From: an uncultured Candidatus Micrarchaeota archaeon | GTDB lineage: Archaea; Micrarchaeota; Micrarchaeia; Burarchaeales; Fermentimicrarchaeaceae | Reading direction: 5' to 3' | Assembly (NCBI GenBank): GCA_903884505.1 | Contig: CAISET010000015.1 | Coordinates: 10,819 to 74,818, forward strand | DNA length: 64,000 nucleotides | Part shown: in pieces, positions 24,677 to 33,628 of the stretch | Layout of the letters: each line of letters begins with the position of its first letter | Position numbering within the stretch: position 1 is the stretch's first letter | Notes under the pieces: model-generated | Database searches by the model: none | What the model saw: the letters and a program-made list of their open reading frames with translations, nothing else | What the model was told of the DNA's origin: nothing | Program-made: the position numbers and the translations under genes

Positions 24677-26110
24677 ATGAGCAGGCTCATCCCTTTCCTC
24701 CTTATTTTCCTTGTCTGCAGCATAGCTCTCGCGGATAGCGCGGCGGATGTAAACCAGGCAGCGACTCCTTTTCTGCTGCAGGGTGAAACCTTCACAAAGG
24801 CGCTCCACGTGATAGGGGGGCGCGACTACTACTTCGTGTCCATCAACGGCACGGAATCCATCGTGTTTGCGACTTATGGGGGCGTGCGCCCGGTATCGAA
24901 TGAAAGCGAGCTGAGGGACCTTCTCGCGCAGGAGCTCTCCGAAACGAACGTTTCCGTGGAGGCGTTCCTCCCCAACAGCACCGAGAAGGACAGGATATGG
25001 GGGTATGTGCTCGCTTTCAACGAGAGCAGGAAGAGGGAGCGCGACTGCGCGGCTCTAATAGGCATGGACAGGTTCCCCTGCTATGATTTGGAAACGTGCT
25101 GGCGCGCCTGCTACACCCCCGCATGCCAGACCATGAAGCTGGGCTCCGGCGCCTTTTTCCTCACCCTCGAGCAGAAGATGTACCTCAACATAACGTTCAT
25201 AGGCGGCAACATGTCGGAATTCGGGGAAACGCTCTACGCGCTCTCGCCAAACAGCACCACCACACGGACCGAATTGGAAAGCCTCTTGGGCAACATCCGG
25301 GGCATACGGGAGGCCTGCGGGAATGTCGAGTCAAATTCCATCCAGCAGCGCAGCGGGGTAGGCTTCTGCTACGCGGTGGTATACGAATATGGGGGGCTGA
25401 TAAATGCGTCCGCGGATATAACGCGCAGGAGGGATGCGCTGATGCCCCTCTTCACAGCGGATGAGACCGCTTCGCTGCTCCACAACCGCACGCTCGAGCG
25501 GCTCGGGGTGAAGGAGGCCAACCTTGCCCGCCCGCTATGCCTCCAGGTGAAGGGCGATGCCGAGGTGGAGCTCGGGCGGGCCAAGGCGAGCGCAAACCGG
25601 GCCCTCTCGCTGGTCTCATCCGCGGAAATCTCTTCGGATAAGCAGGAGCTGGATGCGTCATATGCTGGCCTGGACTGCGCGAACTCGTCAAACCAGGGGA
25701 TACGGGCATTCAACTCATCATTCTACCGCATCTCCGCGGGCCTGAACGCTGCCGCGTCCAGTGCCATACGCGCGTATGAAAGCACCTCGCAGAAGCTGAA
25801 TGGCTCGAAATCCCAGCTTTCCGCGCTTCAGGCGCAGGCCCCGAACGATGAGGAGGTGCAGGCGGTTGCGGCAAGCATCGCGGCCCTGGACTCGCGGCTC
25901 AGGGCGATGCCCAATCCGGAAGAGCTGCCGCAAATCAGCGCGGAGATAGGCGGCAACACCTCGAGGATGGCGGAGCTGAAAGCGCAGTTTGAGCAGCGGC
26001 AAACCTTCAACTACTACGCGTTAGGCGCGGGCGCAGTTCTCATCGCCATGGCGATTTTTGTCGCCGCAAGGGCCATGAACTCCACCCCAAAGAAGAAGAG
26101 CAGGGGCTGA
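24677..26110 (+). CDS. Secreted, C-terminally membrane-anchored protein with a coiled-coil region (unknown function; third gene of the surface-protein operon)
   Basis: 477 aa: N-terminal signal MSRLIPFLLIFLVCSIALA, many N-x-S/T sequons, an Ala/Gln/Ser-rich helical segment, and a C-terminal TM helix plus KKKSRG tail. An RBS-like gaggggt lies 8 bp upstream. Confidence 0.6.
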   Translation: MSRLIPFLLIFLVCSIALADSAADVNQAATPFLLQGETFTKALHVIGGRDYYFVSINGTESIVFATYGGVRPVSNESELRDLLAQELSETNVSVEAFLPNSTEKDRIWGYVLAFNESRKRERDCAALIGMDRFPCYDLETCWRACYTPACQTMKLGSGAFFLTLEQKMYLNITFIGGNMSEFGETLYALSPNSTTTRTELESLLGNIRGIREACGNVESNSIQQRSGVGFCYAVVYEYGGLINASADITRRRDALMPLFTADETASLLHNRTLERLGVKEANLARPLCLQVKGDAEVELGRAKASANRALSLVSSAEISSDKQELDASYAGLDCANSSNQGIRAFNSSFYRISAGLNAAASSAIRAYESTSQKLNGSKSQLSALQAQAPNDEEVQAVAASIAALDSRLRAMPNPEELPQISAEIGGNTSRMAELKAQFEQRQTFNYYALGAGAVLIAMAIFVAARAMNSTPKKKSRG

Positions 26111-26150
26111 GCATCCGCCGCCCCTTTTCGCCTAAGCCGGGAGCATTGCG

Positions 26151-26165
26151 CAATTTATATAATCC
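26151..26165 (+). promoter_or_regulatory. TATA box caatttatataatcc, 25 bp upstream of the ATG at 26186
   Basis: AT-rich box with the conserved leaderless spacing. Confidence 0.4.
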
Positions 26166-26185
26166 TCTTCTGCGAAATATGCCTA

Positions 26186-27109
26186 ATGGATAAGCAGAAG
26201 AAGGTCCCTTCCACGATATTCTCCAAGCCCCTTGGCGGGCGTGTGGAGGCCGACATAAAAACAGTCCTGCCCCAGCTTCCGGGCGCACCTTCTGACATGA
26301 CGCTGCGCGAAAGGCTCGGCAGGCTTTCAGCGCGCCTTCGGCCTTCGCTCAGGCCTTTCGCGAAATCCACGATAATCGTCGATGAGCAGAAGGCTTTCGT
26401 CAAGGAGGTAGCCGGGCTGGTTTACGAAAAGAGGGAGAAGCTGAAGGGGAAGGCGAGGCCAGTCATAGTTGCAATCGGCGGAAGGCGCGGGGCGAGCAAG
26501 AGCGGCAGCAGCGACGAGCTTGTGGCCGAGCTGGGAAGGAGGGGCCTGAAGGCGAAGGTCGTGCACATGGACAGCTACTTCAGGCAGGATGTTGACCCGG
26601 GCTCGATGGACCGCTGGGACAATCCTTACAACAGCGATTTGAAGCTCGCAGCATCAGCCCTGAAAATCCTGAGGAAGGGCAAGCCCGCGAAGATTCTTGA
26701 AGGCGGAAACGGGAAGATAGCCGAGCACGATGTATCTCCAAAGGAATTCCAGGTCATAATCGTGGAGGGCGTGCATGCCCTCAACCTGAAAATCTCCAGG
26801 CACTGCGACATCCGCGCATTCATACACGTGGCAGAAGGCCTTCAGTCCGAGCGTGTCCTCACGAAAGATATGAACAAGCCGAGCACGTTCGAGGAAAGGG
26901 TCCCCTGGGACTACAGGATAGGGATGAGCGAGCGCTCGAACAGGTGGTTCTGGCGCTACAACTGGCCGCGCATAAAGAAGGGCGACGCCGACGTTCTCTA
27001 TGTGGTCCGGCCCTCGGAGCGCGACGTTGACCGCATCTTGGAGTGGGCGGGGCTTCAGCATAGGAAGGATGAGCTCATGAAGCGCTGGCAAGTGGAGCCG
27101 CAGCCTTAA
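26186..27109 (+). CDS. P-loop nucleoside kinase of the uridine kinase / phosphoribulokinase (PRK) family
   Basis: 307 aa. It has the P-loop VIVAIGGRRGASKSGSS, then HMDSYF...WDNP...LLxGKxxxxP (UK/PRK-family motif order). Confidence 0.6.
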   Translation: MDKQKKVPSTIFSKPLGGRVEADIKTVLPQLPGAPSDMTLRERLGRLSARLRPSLRPFAKSTIIVDEQKAFVKEVAGLVYEKREKLKGKARPVIVAIGGRRGASKSGSSDELVAELGRRGLKAKVVHMDSYFRQDVDPGSMDRWDNPYNSDLKLAASALKILRKGKPAKILEGGNGKIAEHDVSPKEFQVIIVEGVHALNLKISRHCDIRAFIHVAEGLQSERVLTKDMNKPSTFEERVPWDYRIGMSERSNRWFWRYNWPRIKKGDADVLYVVRPSERDVDRILEWAGLQHRKDELMKRWQVEPQP

Positions 27110-27141
27110 CCAATATATTCTTCTCCTGCGGAAAATCACCT

Positions 27142-28347
27142 GTGCATGAAAAGACGATTGTAAACCCCTGGCCGAGGGTACTTCCTCCCGAGCCGGCTAC
27201 GTCGCAAAAGCTGGCGCTCGGCCCGATAGTCCCGATGCTCAGGGCGGCCGAAGTCGCTTCCCTGGAGGGGCGGCACGCAGCCGTCGGCGCGTTCAACATA
27301 AACTTCTACAGCCAGGCAGAGGGAATCCTGGAAGGCCTGAGGCGCGCAGAGGCGCCGGGGATATTGCAGGCGAGCCGCGGGGCGAACAAGTTCCAGGGCG
27401 GGCCGGAGAAGATAGCGAAGATGGCGGCAGAGGCAATAAAGGACTCCAAGCATCCGCTCCCGGTCTGCCTTCATTTGGACCACGGGGACGACGCAACCGC
27501 AATCGAATGCCTGGGCGCAGGCTTCGGCTCGGTCATGATTGATGTTTCAAAGCTGGACTATGACGCGAATATTTCTGCGGTAAGGGAGATTGTAAATCTC
27601 GCGCACCCAAGGGGCATCTCGGTTGAGGCAGAGCTTGGCGAGCTCTCAGGGGTTGAGGAGGATATCAAGGCGGAGAAGAGCACCTACGCCGACCCCAGGA
27701 AAGTCGCGGGCTTTTTTGAGAAGAGCGGCGCGGACGCGCTCGCAATCGCATACGGGACCTCGCACGGCCCGAGCAAGGGGGCAGGGGTGGGGAAGCTGGC
27801 AATCAGGATAGTTGACGAGTCGTACAGGGAGATGGGCGCGAACGGCCTGAACTTCGAGCATTTCCTTGTGAGCCACGGCTCCTCAACCGTTCCGCAGAAG
27901 CTGGTGGATGAAATCAACTCCTTCGGCGGCCAGATCAAGAGCGCGCAGGGAATCCCGATGGAGAAGATAGAAGCGGCGATAAAGGCAGGGATAAGGAAGG
28001 TGAACATAGACACGGACCTGAGGCTCGCAATCACAGCGACTTTCAGGCGCTATTTCGCAGAGAACCCGGGAATAGAGAGGGGCTCGCCCAACCTCGCAGG
28101 AATAAAGAAAGTCCTTGATGAAAAGCCTGCGACCATAGACCCGAGGGACTGCCTCGGGCACATAGACAAGGAGCTCATGCGCAGCAGCCCAAGGGGAAGC
28201 GATATTGAGGAGATTATGGGCCTTGTTAAGGCGCGCGTCGCCTCGCACGTGGAATATCTCTGCAGGGCTTTCGGGTGCGCAGGGCTGGCTGAGAAGACCG
28301 AAGGCCACTCGCTCGAGGAGATGGCTGCGTCCTACTCCAGGCAATAG
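27142..28347 (+). CDS. fba: Class II fructose-1,6-bisphosphate aldolase (FbaA/tagatose-bisphosphate aldolase family). The start may be the internal MLRAAEV at ~27232.
   Basis: Motifs HAAVGAFNINF, PVCLHLDHG, SVMIDVS and AYGTSHG, typical of zinc-dependent class II aldolases. Confidence 0.8.
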   Translation: MHEKTIVNPWPRVLPPEPATSQKLALGPIVPMLRAAEVASLEGRHAAVGAFNINFYSQAEGILEGLRRAEAPGILQASRGANKFQGGPEKIAKMAAEAIKDSKHPLPVCLHLDHGDDATAIECLGAGFGSVMIDVSKLDYDANISAVREIVNLAHPRGISVEAELGELSGVEEDIKAEKSTYADPRKVAGFFEKSGADALAIAYGTSHGPSKGAGVGKLAIRIVDESYREMGANGLNFEHFLVSHGSSTVPQKLVDEINSFGGQIKSAQGIPMEKIEAAIKAGIRKVNIDTDLRLAITATFRRYFAENPGIERGSPNLAGIKKVLDEKPATIDPRDCLGHIDKELMRSSPRGSDIEEIMGLVKARVASHVEYLCRAFGCAGLAEKTEGHSLEEMAASYSRQ

Positions 28348-28370
28348 GCAGGCATTCGCAATCCGCCTAA

Positions 28371-28415
28371 TTAGTTAATATATTTAACTATTCATACCAT
28401 TAACTAGTGATGGTT
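28371..28415 (+). promoter_or_regulatory. AT-rich promoter/operator with two palindromes (TAGTTAA-tatat-TTAACTA and ACCATtaactagtgATGGT) just upstream of marR
   Basis: Inverted repeats flank or overlap a TATA-like core 6-50 bp upstream of the marR ATG at 28421, fitting MarR-type autoregulatory operators. Confidence 0.45.
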
Positions 28416-28420
28416 AGGCC

Positions 28421-28870
28421 ATGAACGAAGATTTGTCCGGGAGGATTGTGAACAACCTGGTGCAGCTGGTGCGCGTATCCCACTCCATAATAGTGCATGG
28501 CGACGCTTCCGGACCCAAAATATCTCCGCTCGACCCGCACTACGGGATCCTGTGGCTGCTGCAGAAGGAAGGCCTGCCGATGTCAGAGCTCGGAAAGCGG
28601 CTCCACCGCTCCAAGCCTAACATGACCGCAATAGTCAACAAGCTCATCGATGAAGGGAAGGTGAAAAGGCTGCCGGACAAGGATGACCGGCGCGTAGTGC
28701 GCATCATGATGACCGAGAAGGGGAGGGAGTTCCTCAAGGACGCCAAGCAGGCAGTCAGGGAGAATATGAGGAAGAGCCTTTCCGGCATAGACAAAGCTGA
28801 GCTTGAGGCGCTTGCCGAGGCATTGGAGCGCGCGAACAAGGTTGCAGCTAAGATGGGGCAGATGCGATGA
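28421..28870 (+). CDS. marR: MarR-family transcriptional regulator
   Basis: 149 aa winged-helix region: ...LPMSELGKRLHRSKPNMTAIVNKLIDEGKVKRLPDKDDRRVVRIMMTEKGRE.... First gene of an efflux operon, with a 4-bp overlap to the next gene. Confidence 0.85.
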   Translation: MNEDLSGRIVNNLVQLVRVSHSIIVHGDASGPKISPLDPHYGILWLLQKEGLPMSELGKRLHRSKPNMTAIVNKLIDEGKVKRLPDKDDRRVVRIMMTEKGREFLKDAKQAVRENMRKSLSGIDKAELEALAEALERANKVAAKMGQMR

Positions 28871-29631
28871 GCGAGCGCAAGGAATCAAAGGGAACCCGGG
28901 CGAAAGCGGCTGCAGTGCCCTACGCGGAGCCAACGGCGCAGGCTGTTGAGGCTCACGCGAAACTGGTTGTTCCGCAGCACGGCGGGCAAAAAGGGGACGA
29001 GAAGAAGAACATCATCTCCCAGATAACGGGCCACCCGCTTTTCGCAGAAATCGTGTTCGCCGTCCTCCTCGTAGCATTCGTCGGCGGGTTCCTCTACTGG
29101 CAGGACATGCAGGGCAAGATATACATAGAGAAGGCCGAGATAAGCGCGCCGCTAATCGCACTGGCACCGCAGGCGCCAGGGCCCATCGAGCAGGTCTACG
29201 TCCATGAGGGCGACAAGGTCTCAAGGGGACAGCGTCTCGCAAAAGTCGGGGACCAATACATCATAGCAAAGACCTCCGGAGTGATAGTTTGGATTAACGA
29301 TGCGCCCGGGCAGATGGCGACCGCACAAACCCCGGTCGTGGAGATGATAAACCCGTGGGACCTGCGCCTCATCGGCCGCATACCGGAGGACAAGGGGCTG
29401 AGCGACATAAGGTCGGGGCAAAGGGTCACGTTCACGGTTGACGCGTTCGGCTCCAAGGAATACGAGGGAGTGGTCGAATCCGTCGGTGAGTCCGCGCGCC
29501 AGTCTGACATAGTCTTCAGCATCTCGGACAAGCGCGAGGAGAGGGAGTTCGACGTGACCGCCTGGTTCGACACCTTCACCTACTCGGAACTCAAGAACGG
29601 GATGTCTGCGAAAATGACGATTCACAAATGA
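28867..29631 (+). CDS. HlyD/EmrA-family membrane-fusion (secretion) protein
   Basis: 254 aa with an N-terminal TM anchor and biotinyl-lipoyl-like/beta-barrel segments (IYIEKAEISAPLIALAPQAPGPIEQVYVHEGDKVSRGQRLAKV...). Translationally coupled to the MFS gene. Confidence 0.7.
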   Translation: MSERKESKGTRAKAAAVPYAEPTAQAVEAHAKLVVPQHGGQKGDEKKNIISQITGHPLFAEIVFAVLLVAFVGGFLYWQDMQGKIYIEKAEISAPLIALAPQAPGPIEQVYVHEGDKVSRGQRLAKVGDQYIIAKTSGVIVWINDAPGQMATAQTPVVEMINPWDLRLIGRIPEDKGLSDIRSGQRVTFTVDAFGSKEYEGVVESVGESARQSDIVFSISDKREEREFDVTAWFDTFTYSELKNGMSAKMTIHK

Positions 29632-31115
29632 TTCGCATGGCCGATTTGCGCGACAACACCCGCTGGCTGATACTCCTTACTGTGATAATCGGCACCTTCA
29701 TGGGTAGGCTGGACCAGACAATCGTTAACCTCGCGCTGCCCAAGATAATCAGCGAGTTCTCAATCAGCGTCCCGGATGCGGGCTGGATTGCAACCGCCTA
29801 CATACTCGCGAACGCAATTTTCGTGCCAGTGTGGGGAAAGCTCGGCGACACGCAGGGAAGGAAGAAAATCTACATTCTCGGATTCACAATTTTCATTTTC
29901 GGCTCGGTCCTCGCGGGACTTGCCTGGAATCTTAACTCGCTGATAGTGTTCCGCATCATCCAGGCAATCGCGGGCTCGGCGGACTATCCGACCGCAATGG
30001 CGATAATCGCGGTCACTTTCCGGCAGGGGAAGGAGCGCGCCGAGGCACTAGGCATCTGGTCCGCGTCCTTCGCAGCCGCGGCAGTGTTTGGCCCGCTCCT
30101 AGGCGGCCCGCTCATAGACACGTTCGGCTGGCGCTCGATTTTCCTCGTAAATTTGCCGGTCGGCATCATCGGCCTCATAATGGCGCTCATCTTCGTGCAG
30201 GAATCCAAGGGCAGGCCGACCGCCAAGTTCGACATCTGGGGCGCAATCACGCTCGGCATCTGCCTTTCTTCCTTCGTCCTTGTCCTGGACCAGGGGCTTG
30301 ACTGGGGCTGGATGTCGACGAACAGCCTGCTCTGCTACTTTGGGACGGTTGTTTTCGGCTGCATCTTCTACCTCATAGACTCGAGCCACCCGGAGCCGAT
30401 TGTCGATTTCAAGTTCTTCAAAATTAACGCGTTCGTGAATGCGCTCGTCAACAACGTAGTGGTCTTCATGGGCATGATGGGAGGCCTCTTCATCCTGCCC
30501 GTCTTCGTGCAGACATACCTCGGCTACAGCGCGACGGAGACGGGCTACCTTTTCATGCCCATGGCGTTCAGCATGCTCATCGCGGCGCCGATAGGCTCGA
30601 GCCTCATAGGCAGGGTCCAGCCGAAGTATGTCATTGCATTCAGCACGCTGCTCGCAGCAATCGGGCTTTTCCTGTTCACGGGCCTTGACCCGCGCTCAGG
30701 CGCCCTCGACCTAATTCTCCCGATAGTTATCATGGCTTTCGGGATGGGCATCGGCATGCCCCAGAGGACAAACATCATCGCCTCCGCAGTGCCCGAATCG
30801 GAAATAGGCATAGCGTCCTCGGTTCTCGCACTGGCAAGGAACATAGCTGGCGCATTCGGCATCGCGCTCTTCGCCACCATACTCAAGGAAAGCACGGGAA
30901 ACTACGCTCTCGCGCTCGCCCAGAACACTGTCATTAATACGCTGGACCCGATGGTAAAGGCGGAAGTGATAGCGCTGGTGGCGCTGAAGGCGCAGATGCT
31001 TGCATACCACGAGGTGTTCATCATCGCCTCTGCGATATTGCTCGCAGGCGCAGCCCTCGCCCTCACGATAAAGGTGAAGGAAACGAAGACAGGACGGGAA
31101 GTCTTCGCGGACTAG
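29628..31115 (+). CDS. emrB: MFS transporter, DHA2 (EmrB/QacA) drug:H+ antiporter family, 14 TM
   Basis: 495 aa with MFS motifs (GRLDQTIVNLALP, GKLGDTQGRKK) and a length/topology typical of DHA2. Confidence 0.85.
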   Translation: MIRMADLRDNTRWLILLTVIIGTFMGRLDQTIVNLALPKIISEFSISVPDAGWIATAYILANAIFVPVWGKLGDTQGRKKIYILGFTIFIFGSVLAGLAWNLNSLIVFRIIQAIAGSADYPTAMAIIAVTFRQGKERAEALGIWSASFAAAAVFGPLLGGPLIDTFGWRSIFLVNLPVGIIGLIMALIFVQESKGRPTAKFDIWGAITLGICLSSFVLVLDQGLDWGWMSTNSLLCYFGTVVFGCIFYLIDSSHPEPIVDFKFFKINAFVNALVNNVVVFMGMMGGLFILPVFVQTYLGYSATETGYLFMPMAFSMLIAAPIGSSLIGRVQPKYVIAFSTLLAAIGLFLFTGLDPRSGALDLILPIVIMAFGMGIGMPQRTNIIASAVPESEIGIASSVLALARNIAGAFGIALFATILKESTGNYALALAQNTVINTLDPMVKAEVIALVALKAQMLAYHEVFIIASAILLAGAALALTIKVKETKTGREVFAD

Positions 31116-31174
31116 CTGCTCTTCTTCCAGGCAACTGCCATCGCACGTTTCATTCCAGCAGGAAGTTCTCCTAC

Positions 31175-33628
31175 TCACCGCTTCCTCTTCCAGGCAACTG
31201 CCACTGCGATTCCCCCAAGCCCTGCCAGGATGAAGCCGAGCGGGCAGGTTGAAGGCTGCGGTGTGGGTGAAGGTGAGGCTGTCGGCATCGGAGTCGCGGT
31301 CGGGACCGGTGTCGGAGTCGCAGGCGATTGCAGCTGCGGTGCGAACGAATACACATAGGGGTTGCTCGCGTTGTACCTCTGCCAGTAGTCCTGGTTGTCA
31401 ATTGGTATCGGCGCAGAGATGGAAGTGCCGGTGCTGAGGGTTATGTTCGCTGTGGCGTTGCAGTTGTTCGTCGGCGGGTAGAAGTACGGCATCTCGCCCC
31501 TCCGCACGGTCACGGTGTAGTTGTAGCCGCCAGGCCCTTCGCCGCAGTCGAACAGCCAGGAGACGGTCATGTTGTATTCCTCTGCCGGAGAGCCGTCAGG
31601 GTTCGTGACGTTTAGCTGGATGAAGTTGCCGGGTATCTCGGGCGAGTCGTAGCGCTTCTCGTAGATTGGGTTCCCGTATGCATCATTGTGATATATTTTC
31701 GTGTACCCGATGGCTTCCCCGGACTCCCAGTAGTAGTGGTTCATGTAGTCATAGAAGAATCCGTGCGCCGCGAATATCTCGTCGAGGTTGTCCTGGCCAT
31801 TGTTGTCGCAATCGCCGTGTAGGCCCGGGAGACTCGAATCGTTGAACGCGCGGTAAAGGTCCCAGACGCTCGAGATGTAGCGCGTGCCTGAAAATGGCTC
31901 GCCGAACGTGTGCTGGGAGCCTATCACGCTCCATATCTGGTCACGGCTTAGGTGCACGCAATCCTTCCCGTTCACGGTGTTGTTGTACCCGAGGATGTTG
32001 ACTGCCTGGAACAGGGTGGACTGGTGGTTCAGCATCCTGTAAAGGGTTGAGGCGACCGCCATCTCCTCCGGGTTCCTGACATCGGTGTCCAGGTTTATCG
32101 CCGAGCCGGGCTGCCCGACCCAGTAGTCGTGCTGGTCCGTGTAGTTCCAGTACTGGAGGTTCATCACGCTGAAGAATTCAGCCCAGCCCTCTTCCCAGGA
32201 GTCCGTGGAATTGGGGTTGGACCAGCTTCCGTGGTTGTTGCCTGAGCGCACTGGCAGGCAGTTGAACCTGTCCAGCATCACATGGTGGCCGAACTCGTGC
32301 CACTCCATGTTCGTTGGCGAGGCGTCATAGAAGACGTTGTCATATGAGTTCTGGTTGTCACAGAAGTGTATCCAGTCATCGCTCGGAGGATTCCCGCACC
32401 AGGCTCCGAAGTGGCAGGCGTTGCAGCTCCCGCAGCCCGGCGACTTGTACCAGAACTCCTCCGGAGGCAAATAATCGATTGGAGTGCCGAGCGCCACTCT
32501 TGTGAAATATGATGCTTCCCAGGCGTGGTAGTATATCTTCGCCAGCACGCGCTCCTCGCCCTGATCGAAAGTGAGGTTCATGGCGTAAGTTTCCGGCCTG
32601 GAGAAATTCATAATCGCGGTCTTGCTAAGCACAGCCACCTTGTCGGGGTAGACGTGAATGGCGATGGAGTTGTTCACATCCTCGAGGAAAACAGTGACTG
32701 TCAGCGAACCTGCAGTGTGGTTTGTCAGGTTGACTCCGGGAACTACGACGTAGCCGTTCGAGTCCGTGTAGCCGTCGTAATCGAATGCCAACGAGGCGTG
32801 TTGTACGCAGTACTGCCCCGGCGGGCAGTACTGGCTGCCGCCAATCGGTTCGGTCACGTATCTGGCAGTTACCTTGGCATCCCTCAGTGGCTTCGTCACG
32901 TTATCCTTGTCCACGAACTGGGCCGAGCCGAGGCGGAAGTTGCATTTCGTGACATTGTTGCAGCCGGCGGCGCAGTGATAGCCGTTGGAAATCAGGCAGA
33001 GGCCGAGCTGCTGGCCGCAGGCCTTCTCCACGTATTCATCGCCGTAGCAGCCGGTTGTGCAGTTGGTGCAGTTCTGCGGCGGAGCGGTCTGTATTGGTAT
33101 GGGGGTGATGGAAGGTGACTGGATTGGCAACGGCGTCACCATGGGTGTTGCGGTTGGAGTCTGAGCCGGCGTTGGCGTCGGAGTTGGCGCGGGTGCGGCA
33201 GCGCATCCAGGCATTGCTGCGCTGCATCCATACGGGCAAGCGGTTGACTGGGCGTACTGGCAGGCACCGGTCGCACTCCTGTATCCTCCGGAATAGTAGA
33301 TTCTGTCCGAGCAGTAATCGTTGCACGGCGCTGGCGTCGCCGTTGGAGTCGGCGTGGGAGTGGGCGTCGGCCTCGGCGGCGAGTAGCATGCGGTGCCGTC
33401 CCGCGTGCATTGCCCGGATTCGCAGGCGGTGTCCGTGCGGCATGTGCAATTCCCATACACGACCGAGCAGCCGTAGTGGTAAGTGCCATCAGAGCAATAT
33501 TCGAACGGGCAGTAAGGCGTCGGAGTCGGGGTCGCAACCGTCCTTGCATTGGCAGCAAGCGCGAAAAGGGCCAAAACTGCAAATGCTAAAACCGCTCTGA
33601 CTTTCATATGACTCACCTCCGAACTCAC
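31175..33628 (-). CDS. Secreted zinc metallopeptidase (HEXXH). It has Cys-rich N-terminal modules, P/T linkers and a PGF-CTERM-like C-terminal anchor.
   Basis: 817 aa: signal MKVRAVLAFAVLALFALAANA; Cys-rich repeats (YCPFEYCSDGTYHYGCS.., CNDYCSDRIYYSGGY..); a CarbopepD-reg-like segment; the HEFGHH motif followed by EEGWAEFF (candidate third ligand); and the C-terminus ...TPVPTATPMPTASPSPTPQPSTCPLGFILAGLGGIAVAVAWKRKR. Confidence 0.65.
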   Translation of the reverse strand: MSSEVSHMKVRAVLAFAVLALFALAANARTVATPTPTPYCPFEYCSDGTYHYGCSVVYGNCTCRTDTACESGQCTRDGTACYSPPRPTPTPTPTPTATPAPCNDYCSDRIYYSGGYRSATGACQYAQSTACPYGCSAAMPGCAAAPAPTPTPTPAQTPTATPMVTPLPIQSPSITPIPIQTAPPQNCTNCTTGCYGDEYVEKACGQQLGLCLISNGYHCAAGCNNVTKCNFRLGSAQFVDKDNVTKPLRDAKVTARYVTEPIGGSQYCPPGQYCVQHASLAFDYDGYTDSNGYVVVPGVNLTNHTAGSLTVTVFLEDVNNSIAIHVYPDKVAVLSKTAIMNFSRPETYAMNLTFDQGEERVLAKIYYHAWEASYFTRVALGTPIDYLPPEEFWYKSPGCGSCNACHFGAWCGNPPSDDWIHFCDNQNSYDNVFYDASPTNMEWHEFGHHVMLDRFNCLPVRSGNNHGSWSNPNSTDSWEEGWAEFFSVMNLQYWNYTDQHDYWVGQPGSAINLDTDVRNPEEMAVASTLYRMLNHQSTLFQAVNILGYNNTVNGKDCVHLSRDQIWSVIGSQHTFGEPFSGTRYISSVWDLYRAFNDSSLPGLHGDCDNNGQDNLDEIFAAHGFFYDYMNHYYWESGEAIGYTKIYHNDAYGNPIYEKRYDSPEIPGNFIQLNVTNPDGSPAEEYNMTVSWLFDCGEGPGGYNYTVTVRRGEMPYFYPPTNNCNATANITLSTGTSISAPIPIDNQDYWQRYNASNPYVYSFAPQLQSPATPTPVPTATPMPTASPSPTPQPSTCPLGFILAGLGGIAVAVAWKRKR

